Source: Lepidodermella squamata
Taxonomy: Eukaryota > Animalia > Gastrotricha
DNA length: 64,000 nt
Assembly: GCA_047495785.1 (NCBI GenBank)
Contig: JBLDXI010000048.1
Span: 558,001 to 622,000 of the forward strand
Direction of reading: 5' to 3'
The position numbers and the translations under genes were made by a program. This document shows positions 61,967-64,000 of the stretch, piece by piece. The notes below the pieces were generated by a model. The model ran no database searches. It saw only the letters and a list, made by a program, of their open reading frames with translations, and was not told the origin of the DNA. Numbering within the stretch: position 1 is the first letter of the stretch; each line of letters begins with the position of its first letter.

Positions 61967-64000
61967 TTAGCTGACATCTACAGACACCAGATATCGCAAA
62001 CTGATTTGATTGACGCCAGCAATATAAATGCTGTAATCACTACGATTTCCACCCTCCAGAAGCTCGCCGCGTTGAGATGATTCCTCCACTGAAATCGACC
62101 GACCAACTGGGACTTCCAATTGATACTCCAAGCAACTGGAATCCTTATCCATGGTGATCCAACGCGACTCGCACGGATTCGGACATACGGTGCCAACAAA
62201 TCGAATAGAATGATAATTCTAAGACAAAAAATTCTTACACGAAGAAAAACAACTATTTTTAGCAACTTACGTCAGGAGGAATGAGATTATTTGACGGGTA
62301 ATAGTCGATTGCCTTATCGAAGAAGTAGCAATTACCCATACCAACATCGGCTAGCAAAAGCAGAAGAGATTTCGGGGCACATTTGGCTGACCCAGCTTTT
62401 TGAACGCACGGCATTGCCGAATCGTAAAATCGATCAACATGCGAATAATCATGCAGACCATGACGCAAAATCGCCGGAAAATCAGCCAGCGCAGCATGCT
62501 CAAACCACAGCAATTTATGATTAGAAAAACTTGCGTGAACAAAGCGATGACCAAACGCCGCATCAGCTTCTCGATCGACGCGAAAAATCGATCGAATTTT
62601 GATTGACCCATCGAAATCTCGAGTCGAATTTCGCAGATACGCATCAATTAACTCGATTTCATTGCCATCAATTTTGAACTCCAGCTCTTCAATTCTCGTG
62701 TTTAAAGCTTCGTAAAGCTGACCAGCGTCTCGACCCATCTGATGAGTAATGTAAAGCCGATGGAGACGAGCCATTAGAGCCATTTTATCTCGAATAATTC
62801 GCCTGTTGTCCAACGCTGTAGGCCGGTCAAGGCCGAAATTGTGCGGGATTAGCTCCTAGAATGCACTCGAAGCTTGTTCGACGAAGCGTATCTGCTTTTC
62901 CTCGCCGATTTGATTGAGCAAATCTTTAAGAATATGATCGGCCTTTTCAAGAAGCCGTTGGCCGTCTCGCTGGTTCGCCAAAATTTGGGACATTTGATCG
63001 GCATCTAGGCCAAGATCCTCGCGAAGTTCTCGCTTCGCCTCTTCAGGGTCGAACATTTTGGCGACAAGGTCTCGAACTGCGGGTGAAGCTTTCTTATCGC
63101 CCAGCTCTTCATCGTCTCTATTTGATTGCATCAAAGTCGAAATATCGATAGGCTCATTTGACGGGTCGGCTAAAGGCACCGGTTGGTATTTGTAAGCCGT
63201 CACTTGCCCTGCTAAGGACAACTGACCTTTTCCCTTTTCCCATAAACGACCGGTTTTGTCGAAGAAAAACTGCTCAAATTTTCGCTCAGCCGATGTTGCA
63301 TTCGGGAATTTATCCACGGTGTAGCTGCCAATTTCGGTACCAATCCGACCCCAACTTCGCAAAACCCACCACGATTCTCTAAATGCTGAAATTTCAAAAT
63401 AGTCTAACGGAAAATTTAGTTCGTCACTTTTGATTAGATTCGAAAAGCTGAATCTTGTAGAACGAATTTCGACCCATGCTAATCGAAACTGAGTGAAGAA
63501 GGCACTGCCAACTTGTCCCATCAGCGTCCTTGTAGATATGAGCCTCTTTCTTTAATCCTGGAAAAAATTCGAAAAAAATTACCGAAAAACCCGAAATTCG
63601 GGATCCTACCTTCAAGCTCAGGATCCGAGGCTGGAAACTTTGTCCTCGCTCGCTTGTCATGCGTCGCTTCTTCCAGCTCGTCCTGAATCTCGACGAGTAA
63701 ATCGTGTTGGTCACGCATGGTTGAATTCGCATCGCTTGACAATCGCTTTCGATGCGGCGAGATCAAATTCAACGCGATTTCACGGTCTTCTGGCTTCAGC
63801 TGATTGTAGCCAGGAATTGACGTGATATCTGAAGCGTGACGTAGGTCGCTTTCTAAACACTTGGCGTGGTGCCAAACGACGCGTGACGACGCCGGTTCCA
63901 TTTTACCGACTCGAAATTCGCTCATCTGAATCGGCGAGTCGCAAATTTTACACTTTGACCGGTTGCTTTTCGAGTAGTCAAAAATTAGGCTATCATCGTG
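61967..64000 (-). CDS. PARP1: PARP1-like gene (zf-PARP, WGR, regulatory, degenerate catalytic domain); 5' end outside window; one in-frame TAG, possibly a pseudogene
   Basis: YSKSNRSKCKIC...WHHAKC; NSFYKIQL..WVLRSWGRIGTEIG; AF*ELIPHNFG; NHKLLW; LLLADVGMGN; VPVG; SDYSIY..NQISLRYLV. Introns ~63558-63609, ~63379-63427, ~62219-62269. Confidence 0.8.

Noticed and set aside
62856-62858. TAG reassigned to Tyr (alternative genetic code)
   Set aside because: TAG is the normal stop of the nuclear receptor, ankyrin and astacin-like genes in this window.

Overview
AT-rich, compact metazoan (invertebrate) genomic DNA with many ~50-nt GT-AG introns; not prokaryotic, no CRISPR. In order: (1) a 7-exon nuclear receptor with TWO tandem DNA-binding domains (2DBD-NR type; P-boxes CGACKK and CEGCKG) and NR response-element-like motifs in its own introns; (2) a truncated Penelope-like element with a hammerhead ribozyme; (3) a ~29 kb repeatedly duplicated cluster (13.2-42.4 kb) of secreted/surface genes: small PAN/apple-like proteins, three near-identical GPI-type Ly6/three-finger genes, and astacin-EGF-CUB-kringle-like proteins whose zinc-binding motif is entirely replaced (a third such gene lies at 47.3-52.1 kb); (4) a BMP/TGF-beta ligand lacking the dimerisation cysteine; (5) an ankyrin-repeat gene; (6) a SYCP1-like coiled-coil gene with an intronic tRNA-Leu, directly downstream of a SAP-less SARNP/Tho1-like gene in an operon-like arrangement; (7) a PARP1-like gene with a degenerate catalytic site and one in-frame stop. 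Many MITEs and LINE/transposase fragments are interspersed. Gene models were spliced by hand from GT-AG sites and reading phase; family assignments come from remembered motifs, not database searches.
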